64,000 nucleotides of DNA, from assembly GCA_965113315.1 (NCBI GenBank), contig OZ220375.1; one strand, written 5' to 3'. Origin of the DNA: Podarcis vaucheri. Its lineage: Eukaryota. Positions 61,011 through 64,000 of this stretch are shown here, one piece after another. The translations under genes were made by a program, and so were the position numbers. Position 1 is the first letter of the stretch; every line of letters starts with the position of its first letter. The notes under the pieces were generated by a model. The model ran no database searches, was not told where the DNA came from, and was given only the letters and a program-made list of their open reading frames with translations.

Positions 61011-64000
61011 ATGAGTGGACAAGAGGGTGCATGTATGTGTGTGAGTGCCTGTTTTCAGCAGAATGGCAAATTAAAACTAGCAATGTGGCGCGTGCGCGCA
61101 CACACACACACAGTCTCCCATCCCTACTCTATTAGTCTCGCCTTTTTAAGCTTTAAAAAGGGAAGCCAATATTTAAAATCTTGCTCATGCTAGCTGTACT
61201 GTTATCAAGGTCATTTCTATTCTCCATAGACAACACTACAAGAGGCAGGGGAAGAATGTGTAAACACCCGCTCTGAAAATAATAATCATCTCGTCCTCCC
61301 TTCCACTGATGTTGCTAGCACTGGCAGGCCACTCAAAATTGCAGCTGGTGAAACTTTGTTTTCCATTTTGCCCTCTGAAACATGTGAGAGAACCTACCCA
61401 CTTAAAGCCCTTTCCCCCAGCTAATTTCCTCCCCCTAGTGCCACCAGAGATGAAGACAGCGTGTTCCAGGTCCGAAACCTGACTAGCATTGTAAAATATG
61501 GCGCCCTGTTTCGTGGAGGCCTTGCTGCCCATCCAACAAGATTGCCTCTCTTCCCATCAAAGGCTCTCCCTCTCTCTCTCTCCCTCCGCAAACTGCATGT
61601 GAGCTGGAGGACTGGAGCCAAGCTTTTGCCTTGAACTACCTCCAGGGCTGTCTTGTATGCCCAGGCCTCCAAGTTATCTTTGTTGCCATGGAGACCACCT
61701 TGAGCGCACAGTTGGGATGTTACAAGCAGAATCTTTGTTAAGAAGGGCCTCAAGGCCTTGGCTGTCGTGAAGGCTGCAGAAGGATTAAATGGAAACACAC
61801 TATCGCATCACTGTTCTCCTTTTTAGCCACGGGGATATGAAGCTCTTAAAAAAGAGAAACAAAATTATGGAAGCTGGGGTTTGGGATTCTCTCAGTGTAA
61901 TACGCCATGCCAGGATTGTTTATGCCAGCTGGGTTTTTCCTCCTCTATGGGAGGTAGCCCAAGACATCTGTTAAACCACTGGTCCAGTCCACGCCACATG
62001 GTGGCTGCTGGTTTGGATTATTTGGAGGGGTTTGTTTTGGGAAGCTAATGCCACATTTAAAGACAGACAAATGGCCCTGTGGTGTTCTCTGTGAGGATGG
62101 TACTGACACCACGAGGACCTTTATCCACACAATATTGTCACTCAAAATGGCAGGCTGGCGGGGCTGCTTGGGAGGAGATTTGCTCAAAAACACCCAGACC
62201 GACTATCTGTTATTTAATGGCACTGTGTTTGAGGAGAAGTGATATGGAAGTTCTGCCTGTGGTTGTTTGGCTCACTGATTCACACATGCAGAGTTGATGC
62301 TCCAGTCCTCAGATGATAAATAGGCATTTGTCAACCACGCCTTAAAGAAAGAGACAAGAGTCTTAAGAGCTGGAGGTGAGGTTATCTGTACCTTTAGTAC
62401 TCTCTTTCCCCCCGCTTCCTCCAGCCACACGCACAACAAAATCCAAAGAGAACCATTCAAATTAGAGCTATTTAAAACCTAAAGGTTCTGGTCTGTCCCT
62501 TTAATATACATTTATTGTATTTATAATTGTATTTTTATTTAAGAAATTATGTAATCTGCCTTGAGGGCCCAGTTTGGGGACTGAACGGTGGGATAAAAAA
62601 AACAACCCTTAAATAAACAGACTAAATAAAATTCCCCTCAGGTTTCCTGTGTTTCTGGATATGGAAGACTGAGTGCTGGTAATACACATATTTAATCTAA
62701 AAATAGCGGGGTCAGGGCTCCTTGCTAGATGCCATGCCTGCAGATGGTTTACAAGCAGTTGGAATCTCACTGGGCCAAAATTACATAACAGTAGGCTATA
62801 TAACTATAATTTTTCTTCAGTGTTTTATCTCCCTGCTACTTTTTAGATATCTTTCAGAGAAGGGACGCTTCCCCTCACAAACATCAACGCATTTTTTAAA
62901 AAGTACCTCCTTACAGTTTCTACATGCTCAAAGTGCTATCAGTAGTGCCAGTATTTTTGAGCAGAAAATTGGGCATCTCTCCTAACCTGAGATAATGGTC
63001 ACAATTCAGGGAACAGTTCTGAGGATACAGTGACAGTGATTACCCAGCTTGAGGCTAACTGATAAGGTGGGCTATATCTATATCATACATAAATGTGAAG
63101 TGTAAGTTCCTGGAACTTACCAAACCTTTGTGGAGTCTCCAATGGAAATCTATTTAACAACTTTAAGGGCCAAAACTTCAAAATGTTTAGCATTGTGAGC
63201 CCTTCTTCCATTCTAGCACACAGTGGCACCTCTTAAGGTGAGGAGAGTAAAGTAGACTGAAATTTGCTGTTCTGTGTGATTAAGTCTGCTTTTCTGAGGA
63301 TGGGGAAATAGTCTTCTCCTCCTTGGTCCTGCTCTGTGCACATTTGCAGCCCACACTTGGCAGTACTCATCAAACTGAAGTGCCGTTGATGTTGCAGAAT
63401 GAAAAGTCTGTTGGGTGAAGAATTTGACTCTCCAATTCAATTGCTTGAATGCTGATTGGTCATTGAGGGTATTAGATTTTTTTTTTAAAAAGAAGTAACT
63501 GAAGATTACATTCTTGATATACCTGTATTAAGCAGGCAGGATGTATCACGCTGGTTCATTGTGTGCCTGTTGAAATGTTATTTTGCGTCAACTGTTGTGG
63601 CAAAAGCTCTTAAGGTGCCACAGGTCCTTTTGCTGTTGTTTTCCGTGAAGTGCTCTTAGTAATTGGCAACACCATCCTAACCACGTGTTCTCAGAAGTCG
63701 GTCATATTGAATCCAATGGGGCTTACCGCCTGACAAGTTTGTTTAGAAAGTACGCAGACATTTACTTTAGAGCCAGTCATGCCCCACAATATTCATTTAC
63801 TTAAAACATTTGTAGCTAAATCAAAAAATCCCAGGATGGTGTCCAGCAGTGTGAATAAAACCAATTCACAGGCAACATACAATTAAAAAAACTCCAAGAA
63901 ATAAACATAATAATATAACTCAGCAAGACAACAACAATTTAAAACTGCAACCCCATTATCCATCCTTCCTATCGCTCACCCCAATTCCTGTGCCATTTGC

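Overview
Vertebrate genomic DNA from a squamate reptile, most likely a lacertid lizard (Sauria SINEs, Bov-B, CR1, Penelope-like elements, many Tc1/mariner- and hAT-type MITEs). Four protein-coding genes are supported: (1) a solitary replication-dependent histone H4 gene (-, 2954-3265) with its H4 promoter element, 3' stem-loop and U7-binding element; (2) FIZ1 (-, 11 C2H2 fingers, CDS ~13344-14786); (3) a giant divergent sacsin-like gene (-). I could reconstruct it as 7 phase-compatible coding exons (41460->23129, ~4231 aa, 10.8-kb last exon) with three GHKL/Hsp90-like repeats, a J domain and a HEPN domain but no N-terminal ubiquitin-like domain, and a triple-GAAA ISRE-like element lies in its CpG-island promoter; (4) a ZNF524-like gene (+, 56379-57503). 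FIZ1 and ZNF524 are adjacent head-to-head neighbours in human (from memory), so the sacsin paralogue sits in a slot that appears empty there. The best candidate for new biology is a putative interferon-inducible sacsin-family ATPase/J/HEPN effector. Also notable: Penelope-like insertions carrying minimal hammerhead ribozymes in inverted pairs, two inverted solo LTRs of one family, and multi-level nested transposon insertions with intact target-site duplications. All gene and family names come from recognising the sequence, not from database searches.
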